NCBI RefSeq assembly: GCF_037042905.1
Contig: NC_087251.1
Location: forward strand, 9,736,001-9,800,000
Reading direction: 5' to 3'
DNA length: 64,000 nucleotides
Origin: Lytechinus pictus
Taxonomy: Eukaryota
Of this stretch, positions 24,851-38,133 are shown piece by piece; position 1 is the first letter of the stretch, and every line of letters starts with the position of its first letter. The notes below the pieces were generated by a model. The model searched no databases, was not told the DNA's origin, and saw nothing but the letters and a program-made list of their open reading frames with translations. Made by a program: the position numbers and the translations under genes.

Positions 24851-27800
24851 GATATATTATGGAGATGCACATGTAATCCGTTAATGAAGTCCAATGATAA
24901 AAAAAATTGTTATTAAAAGGATATGCAGTGACTTATTCGTTGTGGAACTTTAGAACATCACATTCTGGCTTTTAAAACACGGAAAACGGTCTAATTGATA
25001 GGCAAAATGAGAAATTAGATGGATTATATAATTATTATGTGGGTTCAGCTCTGAGAATTTTTTATCAATATTGGGACAATTTGACGAGCGTAATGGAGAA
25101 AGACACAGGACATCTCATTTCCAGCAGACGGTTTTCACTTCATTTTGCTGAAGAAAAACACACTAAATATATATACATGTATGTGTGATCAGATTCTGTT
25201 GGTCGGGAACATAACTACTCCAAAGGATATTAAATGCAACTGATTGACTATTAGGAGTTGAGAATTACAGTACTGTTATGATTCAAATTTAATAATTCAT
25301 CATCTAAAATTGTAAATATGAATGAATTGATTGATATCATAATTCAAGATACCATTTTATAGTAAAAATATAAGCAATTAATAGTGACATTCGCTTGAAT
25401 ACAGATAGGTTCATGAAATTCGTTGGATCTCCACCAGTGTGCTTTTAAATGGGAAGGCCCTCCGTGCAGGAGTTTACCTTTGTATGCAGATGTGGGAATG
25501 GGTGCATCTGTTTATGCCCATGGATATGTGCGAATAAAAAAGTGATTACATAATTAAATCATTGAAGCTGAATATTTTCTGCCATTGATAATCAATAATT
25601 TGAGAGATCCCATAACAAAACATGTACAAAACATAAGGTACAAAATACAAAGAAATACATAAGAAATTCAACAACAATAAAATACATTATTATTCACTGT
25701 GATATTATATTCTAAGGGCCGTACAATTATTTATAATGATGTAAATGCTATTTGTACCAAAAATATAAACATTTGAGCTGAAATTATCAAATTATAGCAT
25801 AATGATCCAAAATATGCATAAATTTGCATAATTAATTAGCCGCAAACAAAAATAACAAGTTTTCCCGAAAGGTACACGTATGTATGCAGGATTTTGCAGT
25901 ATTCATGTCTGTGAAAGCGAATATAATTAAAGAACATCGTCGAAATAATATTCTCAATTGTCAATTTGGCAGCCATTTTGTTTATGCAAATTAGGTGGTC
26001 AAAACATGAGAAATTAGCTTGGGAACCGATCTTATCAGATTCAGTATATTTGAATTGTGTGAAATATTCCGGTTTCCAACTTTTTTACCCCAAAATGCTT
26101 CTTAAAGTTTATATAGGCCTCTTTTTCCAGAATGTGTCTAGTCTAGATGCTGCATACATGCTTACTCCGATACACTGCTTCTTGAATGAAGTTTGGTAGT
26201 AATTGTAAAAATCTTCCCTCAGGTTGCTAACCATCACGTGGGTCTATAACTATCGAACCTTGAAGCTATTATTGAATGAACGCAATAGGTAACGATTTGA
26301 ATGTCGTATTGATTAGTTAATTTAATAGCTCTGCATGTAGGATAATTAGATTTCAATGGCAATGACAACCACTTATAGTTCCCTTTCAAACCTTTTTTTA
26401 TTGTGTATCCTCCTGTACAACTACTGTTGGTACGACAACGAAAAGGAGAATAGGGAATAATGGTAATGGTTTTGGAAGCAAGGATTTATCCATGCAACAA
26501 ACAAAATTATATGACGAAGCAACGTGAAAAATATTCCAATATCAACAGAATCATGACTTGGATAATGAAATGGATTATACAAAGAATGAAATAAATATTA
26601 ACAGTGTATCATCCGATTGTGTAACATGAAAGAAAGTAGGTAAGAAGCAATTCGGCTGCGTGCATTGAGGATCTAATGATCCACGACCACAGCAACGTGA
26701 GAAAATTATAAACCAATAACAGAATAGGTTCAATGATCGAGTCAAGTCTTTCGGATGACGACGTTAAAACTTGGTCCCGGATCCTTCATACACTGTCAAA
26801 ACAAAATATTACCTACAAGTTTGTAAATTATATGTTTACATGCAAAACACATCACATTTAAATAATAAAAAAAAGATAGTCTTCTCATATTTCTAACACA
26901 ACACCTATTTTCAAAACTCTTTTGTTGAAGTAGCTTTATACAGCATGCATCGTTAGCTTTTTCTATTTGGGATATTCTTACATTGATTTTCAAATCAGCT
27001 TTTGGCCGTATGTCCATCAACATTTGGGTATTTTTCCTACTTTAATTGGAATCCATGTTTTTGGATAGATAGGTCTAAAGAAACATTGCAATGAAAAAGG
27101 GCATGTGTACAATATTCTATTTGGCTTTCTTGTGAAATGGTGTGCATGCATTACGAATGGAAAAATAGGCCGATACATAAACTTATTACTTATTTTACAT
27201 CAGGTCAATGAGAATATATGCTTACTTATCAAATTACTGACGTGTCACATGATAATTTCCGTGCTTAATCACTCTTTCAAAGTTTGATTTGGTTGACATT
27301 ACTTTCGTCCACAGTTCTCCGAAAGAACGATGACGTAGATGTACTTCATTAAATAATCATAAGAGTAAGGATCACAAAGTGGCGGTTATCTAAAAACTAC
27401 ATCAAGAGTTGTTTTGCTCTTAAAGCTCTTGAAGAACTCGAGGCAAATTATCGCGACTTTCTTTTCAATAGAATCGAGATTAACGATCCAATGACAATAG
27501 CATTATCGACCTTTTCTGACGCATTTCTTTAACTCGTAATCCGCTTTCCATACTTAATCATTATTTTGTGTTAATACAAGAAACGGTGGACGCACGTATA
27601 TCGGCATCTAAGTACTATCACTGACTATGGGGGGCTTTCAATCAAAAAATTGATTTCTTTTCGCTGATGCACTTTCCTCCCTTCTGGGAGTATGGATGAA
27701 GGAGCAGCTAAGGCCTTGTTATGGGTGTTGCTAGGATTAAACACATCTTTAAGACATGATAGATTGTCTAACCGCATGCACATAATGATCTGGATAGTAA

Positions 27801-28643
27801 TATCAACGAGCTAGAATGATAGGATTATTGTGAATATTTCAACATTTTGAAGGTATGTTTTACTGGTAAATTTCTTATACAAGTTATTTCTACTTAAGTT
27901 ATCGGCCGTTTCCATTATTCATGAGTAGAAAAAGAAGCAACTCACATTTTTTTGTTTTCTTGAGCAGATAAGATGAAGCTATTTAACTTTTTAGTAAGGC
28001 GTTGTGGGGGTTCAATTTCGCAATTGGAATACGAATAAATTTTTCAAAAGATAAAGCTCACGTTTAATTGTGTAGTTTTAATAAAGGGTATCATTTTAGT
28101 TCAGAAGTAATTACATTGGTCTACATTATGAACAATATCACTCTTGCTATAATGTTAACGAAATGTTTCAATCTTAATAATTTACATGTTTCTTACGACG
28201 ACGACGGTATAAAAGACATAATGTCGAAAATATTCACAACATGTACATCCTTTTCTCGTTTGATTTTTTAATAGTATGTTTATAACATGTATTATAATGG
28301 ACAGCCTAAAAATCTTTTTATTCATAGATTCACCACAGAGAAAATTAATATCTTCATGATAATCAAATAGATTTTCCTATCATCTGGCAAGGAACTAACG
28401 CATTTTAAAAACATAAATCGCCCTTTCTATCGTTCACAAGAAATATATAATTATTCTTCGCCAATTTGATTTTGTGTGTGTGTTCTTTATTCGACAATTT
28501 TTAATTTACTTTATTTATTTTTCATTATACACAGGGAACATTGCTGGATCCCTTCATCAACCAGTGGTCATTTTGAGATAATTTGAGATCCAATTATTGA
28601 TAAATGATCATCTTCTACAAATCTAATTCACCTTGAAAATTAA

Positions 28644-28775
28644 ATGAAAATATGGCAGTCTCTTGTGTGGAATTGTGTTTTCATCAAGCACGTTGCCTTC
28701 GGCAGTGTGATAATTTATAGACTCGTACACCAATATCACGTTGCTCTGGATAAAGAGCAAGTTAATCAGATCTGA
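28644..28775 (+). promoter_or_regulatory. 43-codon uORF with TGATG stop-start overlap on the main ATG
   Basis: ATG 28644 reads open to TGA 28773-28775, whose A is the A of the main ATG. Confidence 0.5.
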
Positions 28776-30265
28776 TGGCGGGTGGTTCTTATCGCATAGA
28801 CATGAAGAGAGATGATCCTAGAACTCTCATGATCAAAATGGATGCCAGGTTGACATTTGCAGGACAAGCGAGAAATCATGCATTCCGTTTAGAAGCCGAG
28901 CGTGAGCTTCGTCATCTTGACTATGCACGTCATCTGACTCGATCAACACTTGAGAGACAACAGAAAGAAATGCACAAACGGATGGACTTCCTGAAGAATC
29001 TTGTCGAGCAAAATCGAGCCAGGCGAAAATCTATGGAGGAGGAGGAGGATGGTGATAATGGTGGGAACGGTAGGGAGTCGGTAGCTGAGAGGAGAAAGAG
29101 GAAAGAGGATGGTTTGCGACATACATTGCCGATTATTCCCGCTAGGAGAAATCTCGAAGACTTAGTCAAGTCACTGCAAACAAAACAGAATAGCAATTCA
29201 AACTTAAGTAAATCCCTCGGGTATCTAAACGAATCCCATTCACGACACAGTACGCAAGAAACATTAAGTGAAAAGAGATTAAGACATTTGAAACAAGAAA
29301 TTAGAAATTCCAAAAAGAAGGAGATCCCTAAAGTTCAGGTAACTCTAGACGCAGATCGTCCTACAGAATCGCCAAAGATCGTCTGGGCTAATGCAGAAGG
29401 TGTAGCAAGTGTCAATGAGAAGAACAAAACCAACGGTGGGGTATCAACCCAGACAATATCATTACCCGACATTTCACCAGGTAACAACAGGACTCCTAGC
29501 AAACACACTTCCGGAGGAAGAAGGGTTTCTTTAAGTCAGATGATTGCAACCGGTGAAATCCAGAAACTCCCTGGTATCGGTCCTGGTACTGCTGGCTTAA
29601 CATCTGAAGGTGTCCAACAAAATATCAATTTGGCAAGAACATTCTACATGAACACTAGTCACACCTCTGGTCGCGGTCCAATCCTGCAACCAATACAAAA
29701 TCAGCAACAGAAGACAAACCGCAATAAACGTGGTTGGGTGAAGTTACCTCCGAACATGGATCCTCTTAAGTTCAAGGAGGAGGACATGGAGAAAAATCCT
29801 TTCATCACTGATGATTTTAAACCCGAGACCTACCGATCTCGCGAGTTGATGGACTCCAATAAACCGGAAGAAATGTACGTGTGGCTTGGATTTGATTCCG
29901 AGGAAGAATATCGTCAAATGGTGAAAGAAGCTAAAGAGGAGCTTGATGCGGAGAGCGAGGACGGTGGTGATGATCTTGTCGAACTGGAAGTCATTGACGA
30001 GGTCGAAGAACCTACCGACGACTCAATCGAAAAAGCGGGTGCTGAGTATCTGAGGAAAAGGAGGACAAGTAGGCGAGTATCGCGTCTCAGTGCTCCTGTT
30101 GCTATGTTAGCATCTACTCTAAGTAGAGTGAGTTTAAATAGGAAAAATTCGAATTCGGACAAGAGTAAACCAAGCAGTGCACTCAAGAGATTCATTAAAG
30201 CTGCTAAGACAATATGTATCGTCAGACAATTCCAAATGAATAATGACGAAAGCCAAGCAAGATGA
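28775..30265 (+). CDS. Uncharacterised 496-aa protein (N-terminal coiled coil, disordered middle, basic amphipathic C-terminal helix), single coding exon
   Basis: 1491-nt uninterrupted ORF in AT-rich background; in-frame TAA just upstream; candidate 5'UTR intron 27853-28534 (gaag|gtatgt ... tatacacag|). Confidence 0.85.
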   Translation: MAGGSYRIDMKRDDPRTLMIKMDARLTFAGQARNHAFRLEAERELRHLDYARHLTRSTLERQQKEMHKRMDFLKNLVEQNRARRKSMEEEEDGDNGGNGRESVAERRKRKEDGLRHTLPIIPARRNLEDLVKSLQTKQNSNSNLSKSLGYLNESHSRHSTQETLSEKRLRHLKQEIRNSKKKEIPKVQVTLDADRPTESPKIVWANAEGVASVNEKNKTNGGVSTQTISLPDISPGNNRTPSKHTSGGRRVSLSQMIATGEIQKLPGIGPGTAGLTSEGVQQNINLARTFYMNTSHTSGRGPILQPIQNQQQKTNRNKRGWVKLPPNMDPLKFKEEDMEKNPFITDDFKPETYRSRELMDSNKPEEMYVWLGFDSEEEYRQMVKEAKEELDAESEDGGDDLVELEVIDEVEEPTDDSIEKAGAEYLRKRRTSRRVSRLSAPVAMLASTLSRVSLNRKNSNSDKSKPSSALKRFIKAAKTICIVRQFQMNNDESQAR

Positions 30266-32535
30266 TCAAATCTTGCTTTCAGTATGACTTTAATATTTTA
30301 CTTACTTTAAGTACGATTTTAGTAGGTAAAGTACCTAGAAATTTTATAAGTATTTGTCAGAAATGAATTGTACAAATTATGTTTAAAATATCTAAATGAG
30401 ACTGGATGTAAATGACAAATTCAATTATATTCGAATTGATTATATTATTAGTAGTAGACAATGCCTCTATCTGAAGAAGGATTGCAAATATAAAACTCAT
30501 TATTGTTTTATTTTATATGAGCACTAAACTTTTGAAGGTCCAAAATCATATTTCATCGGATGAAAGTTCAATTTAATCAACTCCTTTCAATAAAAACATA
30601 AATGTGGGTATTCCACCGTGATCAGCCATTTGTTCACAAGCTACAATTTATAGCCTAATCTAAACCAGGAGCTTAAAAAACCCAAAATAATTGTATACCT
30701 TTTATTTATTCCGAACCTCAAATAATCTAACCTCAAACAAGAATATTTTTATATTTCCAAAATTTAGAGATATGGTCATCTTAAATTTGGTGTCACACTT
30801 CTCGTTTTATAAATCAAATATTTATTATAATGACGTATTCATTGTCGATGAATCAACTTAATTTCGTATGATAGATTAGAAATCAGAATTTTTGACGAAA
30901 ACTTTAGTTTCTAAGTTTATCTTCAGATACATGAACAATAGCAAATGATTGGTATATTGAATTATAATTCTATACTCAATACTATATTGAAATGTGTTAA
31001 AGTCATTGATTCAAATGAATTAATCTGCACATCTATTATGCCAAGTAAATGTAGTTTTATTTACGTGTGTCTGTATATGTGACTTTTGAAGTCTAAAACA
31101 TTCAGGCTATACACAAAAAATGATATGTTCGCAAACCATATCTTATTCCACGGCTCTCCAGATTGAACAGGGAATCAGAGTTACGAGAGACAATTTCAAA
31201 ACCGCCATTATATTAGAACATCAAATGCAAAAAATCAATACGTAAGAAAGGATTCTCTATAGAAATGAAACCTTGTAAAAAATTTGTAGTGATTATTCTA
31301 TTGGGGACGGGTAGTCACTTAGGATAAGTTCTAAAGTTGAAAAGTTGCAAGGGTCAAGCAAGAACTTTTATTATGCAGACATCAAAAATCATTAAAGAAA
31401 ATCTATTATAACGGCGAAAGTATATTGAGTTACACATTATTTGTGTGCTCACCAGGTAAACTAGTTAATGACTTATTACTAAAAACTTTTGAAGCTTCAT
31501 AACTATGACCTAAACCCACAATGCTCCTCCATGAAAAGTGAACTAGTCGAGTAGAGCATTTTAAAGAAAATTGAATTGATATAGTGGTTTGAATCATGAA
31601 TCACGATTATTATATTTCTAGTTTAGAATCGAGAAACAGCTGTATAAAAAGTGGATTATAAATCTAATGAATGGGAAAATTGAGAATGAAGATTCCAAAG
31701 TTGCAATACTATTTAATATTACCCAATCTGTGAATATCCTCTAGAGTAATAAATGTCTTTCTGAATTGAGAAAAATGCACCGAAGTCGCTGAATAGAGCT
31801 TGTCTTAATCTTTTTTAAGTTCGACTTATTTAGTATAGTACTCTCAAAGACTCGAGGAATAAAGCTATAAAAAAAAATATGTGATTCTTGAATACTTTGG
31901 TTTATTCTTTGTCGTTATTTATATTTCTTTCTTTAGTTATTATTGGATATGTACCATTCCAGAAATGGAAAATAACAAAAGCCGGCGATAACCTCAGCAT
32001 CAAGTCCTCCCAAGAAGAAAGAAAAGAACGGTCAATACTTTACGCATTTTTACACACAAAAATAGAATAAAAAATCCATCTATAAATTCAACAAGAGAAG
32101 TGTCTTGACAAAAAAGAGAGACACAATGTCACAATTTCCTTTTTAGTTCCTTTTTATATAAATATTAATTATTCATGGAATATAAAAAAGGTCTTAATTT
32201 ATTATGATAATTGTAATATTTATGCCATGTAAATGGAAATGTCGGATCATTTTACATTTTTGGAGAAAAAATAAAATATTTCAATTCCTATAGAAGATAA
32301 AATAAAGGCAAAAATAGTATTTTGATAGTGTAATTTTATCGATTTCTTTTGCTTATTTTGCACACCGTCTGTGTTGTGCTTAAATAATCTGTGAATAAAC
32401 AAAACTAGCATACTTTTATGTCATCTTTCATATCCATCTTTCGAATGAATTCACAGTGCTTGATGATTTTTTTTCTATCTATTCAAATAAACGAGAAATA
32501 TGCCTTTAGCAACTGTAGAACCATTCAAAAAAATA

Positions 32536-32746
32536 CACTCTTGAATCAAATCAGTTAAATTTACTAGATCAGTAATCAGCTGGGTAGAACTGATATGTCT
32601 AGTCACATTTCTGACGTATATTCTAGTCAGACACTATATATGTTCAAGTAAATACGACTAGAAAATAGTCAAATATGACTAGAATAAAAGTTGCACCCAG
32701 CTGACCCGATTATCTAGTCAATTTTCACTGATTTATTTTTATAGTG
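32536..32746. mobile_element. Small TA-flanked palindromic MITE
   Basis: tacactct ... atagtgta termini; internal IR cagctgggtagaact / agttgcacccagctg. Confidence 0.55.
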
Positions 32747-35664
32747 TATAAAAGGAATGAAAGGAAAATACAGAAAAGGTCGAGGTATACAAATCTTCTT
32801 GCAATATGGTACACCAGTAAGGAAATTATATTGACCGCCCTGTCGCCTCTTTACGTTGTCTCTTCATTCTACAACGGTCTAAAATACAACCTTTCAAATG
32901 ACCACGCCGACTCCTGCTCGCTCACCCCCCCCCCCCCCTCCCCACTATCTCCTCCCCCCCCCCCTCTCTCTCTTTTCCCTCACCCCCTCTCTTTCTTTCG
33001 CTAATCTCTCTTTTGATTACTCGTTGAAAACCCAGCGTGTAATTATTTCTCTTCTCTGCCACTTTGTTCGTTCAGAACACATCAATCAATAATCAGGGAC
33101 AATGGGTAACGGAAGGAGAGTATAAAGACATTCAAGATCAACGAAACAAACCATCGACATGGTTTGATGAGTTATGCCTTAAGGAGAATGAAACCCTGGG
33201 GACAAGTAAGCTTGTGTGAAAAAAACGAAAAATTAAATAAATAAACCAAGGAAAATCTTAGAAAATAAGAAAGTTATGAGCATTAGAATGTTGACATGAA
33301 TAGGCCTATACATCGTTCTCGAATGTTTTTTATTGGTCAGAAGATGAATTCATTTGACATTTCAACAAAACTAAAGCGAAACAATATTCAAATTTCATTC
33401 CAAAACTCATAAAAACACGAAGACATTATTCCGGACACATAACTGTTTTATCCATTAAAATCAGCCATTTATTAATGTCCAAATAATATTCAAGGTAACA
33501 TATTCGTATACACATACTTCAGCAATATATTGTTACAATGACAGAATATTATTTTGTAGGATAATGTATCCATAGGATATAAAGTTATGGCACAGATTAA
33601 ACATATGGAATTACTGTTCATGCATAGAGCTATAGCTCTTTGGTTCATGCCTCGCAATATGACTAATGTAAATTACAATGGTAATTTCAACAACAACAAC
33701 AAAAATACATCCTTCAGATATTAATTTAAAAATCACTGCTCATACAAATTGATATTTAACATTTCAAGCACAATTCAATACAATAATGATTGCAAACTTT
33801 CTGTTTAGAATTGGACACATATTCTTAAAATTCAATTTAAAATTTGATGACCTCTGGGGAAAACATTTGATTTAACTTGATTTATCAACACAGTTGAAGA
33901 CCAAATTCGAAATACTCACAACTTACGTATCTTTTGGTTTATAACTAACATGATTGTTTTATACATAAACTGTAAAACTTTAAATGAGAATCCTTCCAAA
34001 GAGAGAAACTTTTGAACAAGATCCCATATCAGCTGCATTATTATGAGAACCATAAAATAGTTAAATTAAAGGTCATGCTCACAAAGGGATTAAGCCCCCC
34101 CCCCCCCCCCGAGTCAATTTTTTTTTTTCAAGCTTACTCACTGAAAAGTGCCCCATACTCTGAACATTACTGCTCTTTTGTCCTAACGCATGCATGGATG
34201 TGAACATTTTTACATCAGTGTTTTCACAGCAAGAAAATAGAAAAGTAATAATATTGTTTCTAAAAAAGTGATGAGAGCGACACTGCAAGAGGTAGGTGTT
34301 TTAAGTTAATTTTAGTATAAAATTATCTAATAATGATCTTACACCCTGTCATACATCACAAAAGATTGCGTGTCTGATCCACAATAGGTTCATTATCTTA
34401 AAGGAAGATGAGAATTATTCTAAATTAAAAAATAAAACACAAGATAGCACCCACCATGAATAAAAACATACTAAGCTATGCTGAATACATTCTTGTATGG
34501 TATATTTGATAACATTGATGAACAATAATTATTAACATATAAACCAAATTTGTAATAGGTGGATTCTTGACTGCACACAAAATGCCAAAATATATGTCTC
34601 TGTCATTGCCAGACCAGTATACTACACACCTAACTTTGACAATTTTCAAAATATAACCTCTCTGACCTTTAACCCAGTGACCCAAAAGTCTACTACGATC
34701 ATGTACATATATGCGCCAAGTTTGAAGTTGAATTGAAATTACATGCAATATATTAAAAACAATTTTCAGCCAAGAATCGGTGCTTTGAATATAAGTATGG
34801 GGGTCCTGTACAAAGATGTTCTTTTTACTCAAGAGGGAATATTCAGTTATCGTGACCTGTCTATTAAATACTGTATTGGAATTTAAATATGAATATAATA
34901 TTTACCACAAACTGCTTATGTTATAGGCACTATGGCTTTAATGTATTTCTACTTCATGATGTGGTTGCTTTTAAAAGATAAAAGAGAATATTACATTTAT
35001 CTATACAGTTAAAATCTGATAAAACCCACACTTAAAATACAGACATTGAGATGATTTTAAAAATTATTAAAAGATTGTCCATGGTAAATACATAACGAAT
35101 AATACTAAATAAAAATATGTAGTGTGCTAGATAAGAAAAAAATAGATTGTCAATAACATGAAAATATTTCAATTACAAGTTGTGATGTTTCTATATTGCA
35201 TAAAGGCAAGAAAAGAGAACCTTCTTTCAAATACCCATCTTCTAATCAAATATTATAAAATAGGGATATTACTATCGAGCATCGCAACAAAAAACATATC
35301 CTATGCCTTTGAATTTTTGTTGTGCATCACACTGCAGTGCCTACCGGTGTATATCAAATATTGACATTGCATGCTCTAGGCAGACCAGTGCAATCGTGAC
35401 AGAGAAGAGTAAAAAAAAATATTGTAAAACCTTCAAAGACTTGTGTTTCTACATTGCTATATTATAAAACAAATAATGCACTTGCTCTGTCATGTGTGAA
35501 AATGAATATAGTGAAAGCTTGGTTTCTTCAGATTGTGCACCCTGCTAATGGCTCATGCACAGTAAGGCACTTATGATTGAAGGATTTTGATTTATTGAAA
35601 GAGTTTATTGCAAACACTGCAAATAGCAGCCAAACAGCAGTATTTCATGCAATTCAAAGATATA

Positions 35665-36355
35665 CAGTCCGAATTCTCTTATCTGGCCTCCCCTTATCCG
35701 GATCTTTCTATTATCTGAACGCACACTTACAGAGATTTTTTTTTTTCAATCTAGTACATGGGAAAATGAGATTTTACTCTAAAATCAAAATTCCTATGCA
35801 AACTCACTTTGATTAAATACATTTTCCAATATTCTGAAAATATCTTACCCAAATCACTGAAAGAACTTAGACAGGATAATTTTCCAGTAAATCAGGGCAC
35901 AGTGCAATTTTATTTTTATTTCAGAAAAAAAAAACCAACACGTCTTGCTCAGGCCTCGTTGTGCATAACGGACAGCGCCATCTATCATGTTTGAGCCTAC
36001 GGTCAGTATAACAATGGCTGACTTTGCGAAGCTGCGATAATCCAATTTTCAAACTTAGTTTCATTGAGTCATTCTCTTTCTTTTGAGGTATGCTTGATGT
36101 ATTCCTCAATAATTCAGCAGGTAAATTATCCAAGAGATTTGGCACCCAATTGATTTCATTTCCGTAAAAAAGCCACCTATAATTTGCACTGACAGCAGTG
36201 AAATACTGTCTGTGTACACCCACTACAATATATTACGTGTAGCTACCATTGGGGAGAAAGCTGCATGTATTCAATATTGGGTCTCCCAGATCAGGATAAA
36301 TCCCTTATCCAAATTGGTGCTGGTCCCACGTGTCCGTATAAGAGAGGTCAGACTG
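35665..36355. mobile_element. Tc1/pogo(Tigger)-like MITE
   Basis: TA|cagtccgaattctcttatc ... tataagagaggtcagactg|TA. Confidence 0.7.
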
Positions 36356-37917
36356 TACATAAATAAATACATGTATACAGCATACAACAACACAGTCATC
36401 TTAAGCAATCTTGTGTACACTGCATTTCCACTTACACACTTAGTTCCATGCATGTTTATGCAGTATATCAGAACAGTGTTTCATTGGTTGTAGAAAGTTG
36501 ATAGCTGAAAGAAAATTCTGTAAGAAGTACATATTATGACAAACATTTGTCACTTTGGACTTGTGTGCATTATATATATGGATACCAATCATCAATTACT
36601 GAGAAGTGAAGAATACAAGGCATCACAAATAAAACATCCCAACTGAATATTTCTGGTTTGGTCATGAAAACCAAATTTACTATCTGATAAAGATATGGTG
36701 TGGTAAGAGAAATGGATTGATATGATAGGTTGGGTCATATGTGTTTAGAATCCAAGGATGATGAAACCATAAATAATACCTGAGAAGCATTTCATAAACA
36801 GTTTTGAATCCTAATTTTCATCAACAAACATGCTCTCAGCCAATCAGGTGTAAGGATTTCAGTAGCTTATCACATTTATCAGTGAAAACTATTATCAAGA
36901 CTCTTCACGAAACGCTCCCTTGTGACCTGTAACATAAAAGATCAAATTTATTTTACAACTAAAACCAATGTATGTGCTGGCCTACAATGCGATTTCACCG
37001 AGACGGGATTGACAACTTGTTCCAATTGGATCTTAGTGCAATCACATCACATTGTGTGCGCTGAGCTTAAGTGTTCATATACATGTATGGGAAATCAATA
37101 AACTTACAATCATTGTATCTCTCATCTAGAAGTAGTTGGTATGAGATGGAGAGGAAGACCAAAGATGGCATTGATAGATTGATGATGTAGAATGAAGAAA
37201 GATAGCTCTATTAAAATGAGAATGAACATGACACTGATTGGATGAAATAGTGTAGTATAATTGTAAAACTCTGAATCGCTTTGTGAGAGGCAAAATACTG
37301 ATATATAAATAAACGTTAAAGATAGATAGGAATTATAAGACACAGGAGCAATGAGGTGTCATCACTACTTCTCATACAAGCTTTAACCCCCCCCCCCCCC
37401 GCCCGCCATGTTGTTTGACATTGCCATTAACAATATCATAAAAACCGTTGTGAAAAATAACAATAACAACAATACTTCTATAATCTGTTGAATCTGTTAA
37501 TCCTCTAAAATGGTTCAAACATTAAATTGAAAGAGACAATGGTACCATGCTTACAAAAATATGAATTGCATATATCTCGGTTTACACGTATTGTGATGTA
37601 TTACTCATGAAGAGGAATGGTGGATATATTACACAAATAAAAGCACACATTCAACATGGTGAATATGAACTACAATGCACCCGTTTTATTAGAGGTGGGA
37701 TCAGACTATTTTCAAATCAATAATAGCCGACGAAAAACTATTCCAATTCCTAATCCCTTCCATATGACAGCATGCGGATCACATCGAGTGTTTACTGAGC
37801 ATGCTCAGTTCCCCTCATCAACAGCTGAACACACCACAGACCTGATCTCCATTGAAACACAGCTAAGTTTTATATAGAGCTAAATTCTTGTTCAAAGGAT
37901 GAAAGACTGCAGATGAT

Positions 37918-38133
37918 TCAGCCATTGGGTTCTCCGTTCAGCTTGAAACTCCCATTAGATATCCTCTTCTTATTCCTATCTGTGAATTCTTGGATGAGTG
38001 AAGCCGTCTTGTGATGTCCATGTTGGGCAGCTAACTGCGCCGCAGTAAAGCCTTCTCCGTTGGGTTTATGGACTGGTATTACGTTTGATTCCAGTAAGTA
38101 CCCTACTGCATCAGGGTGGTTGTTGATTGCACC
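37918..38133 (-). CDS. ASPG: ASPG exon 12 (last coding exon)
   Basis: ttttacag| GAINNHPDAVGYLL...EGFTAAQLAAQHGH...GEPNG*; total spliced CDS 1944 nt. Confidence 0.92.
   Translation of the reverse strand, partial: GAINNHPDAVGYLLESNVIPVHKPNGEGFTAAQLAAQHGHHKTASLIQEFTDRNKKRISNGSFKLNGEPNG

Larger units (their letters stand above)
22106..26112 (-). mobile_element. Decayed piggyBac-like element with ~550-700-bp inverted arms
   Basis: 22114-22770 is an imperfect reverse complement of 25465-26103; Cys-rich VNLCLAPCFYHF remnant at 23280-23395 (-). Confidence 0.65.

Noticed and set aside
26735..26790. Deu/Nin-domain-like SINE fragment (tttcggatgacgacgttaaaac..ggtcccg)
   Set aside because: Too short and lacks a recognisable head or tail, so not reported as a feature.
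28930..30195. Antisense ORFs 28930-29313 and 29914-30195 (also 13023, 13556, 14326, 6711)
   Set aside because: Shadow frames of real sense-strand exons with S/L/F-rich complement composition.
35320..37060. Small hairpins in the putative ASPG 3'UTR as SECIS or pre-miRNA
   Set aside because: ASPG has no in-frame TGA before its terminal stop and no SECIS core was seen; stems are imperfect and resemble decayed MITEs.
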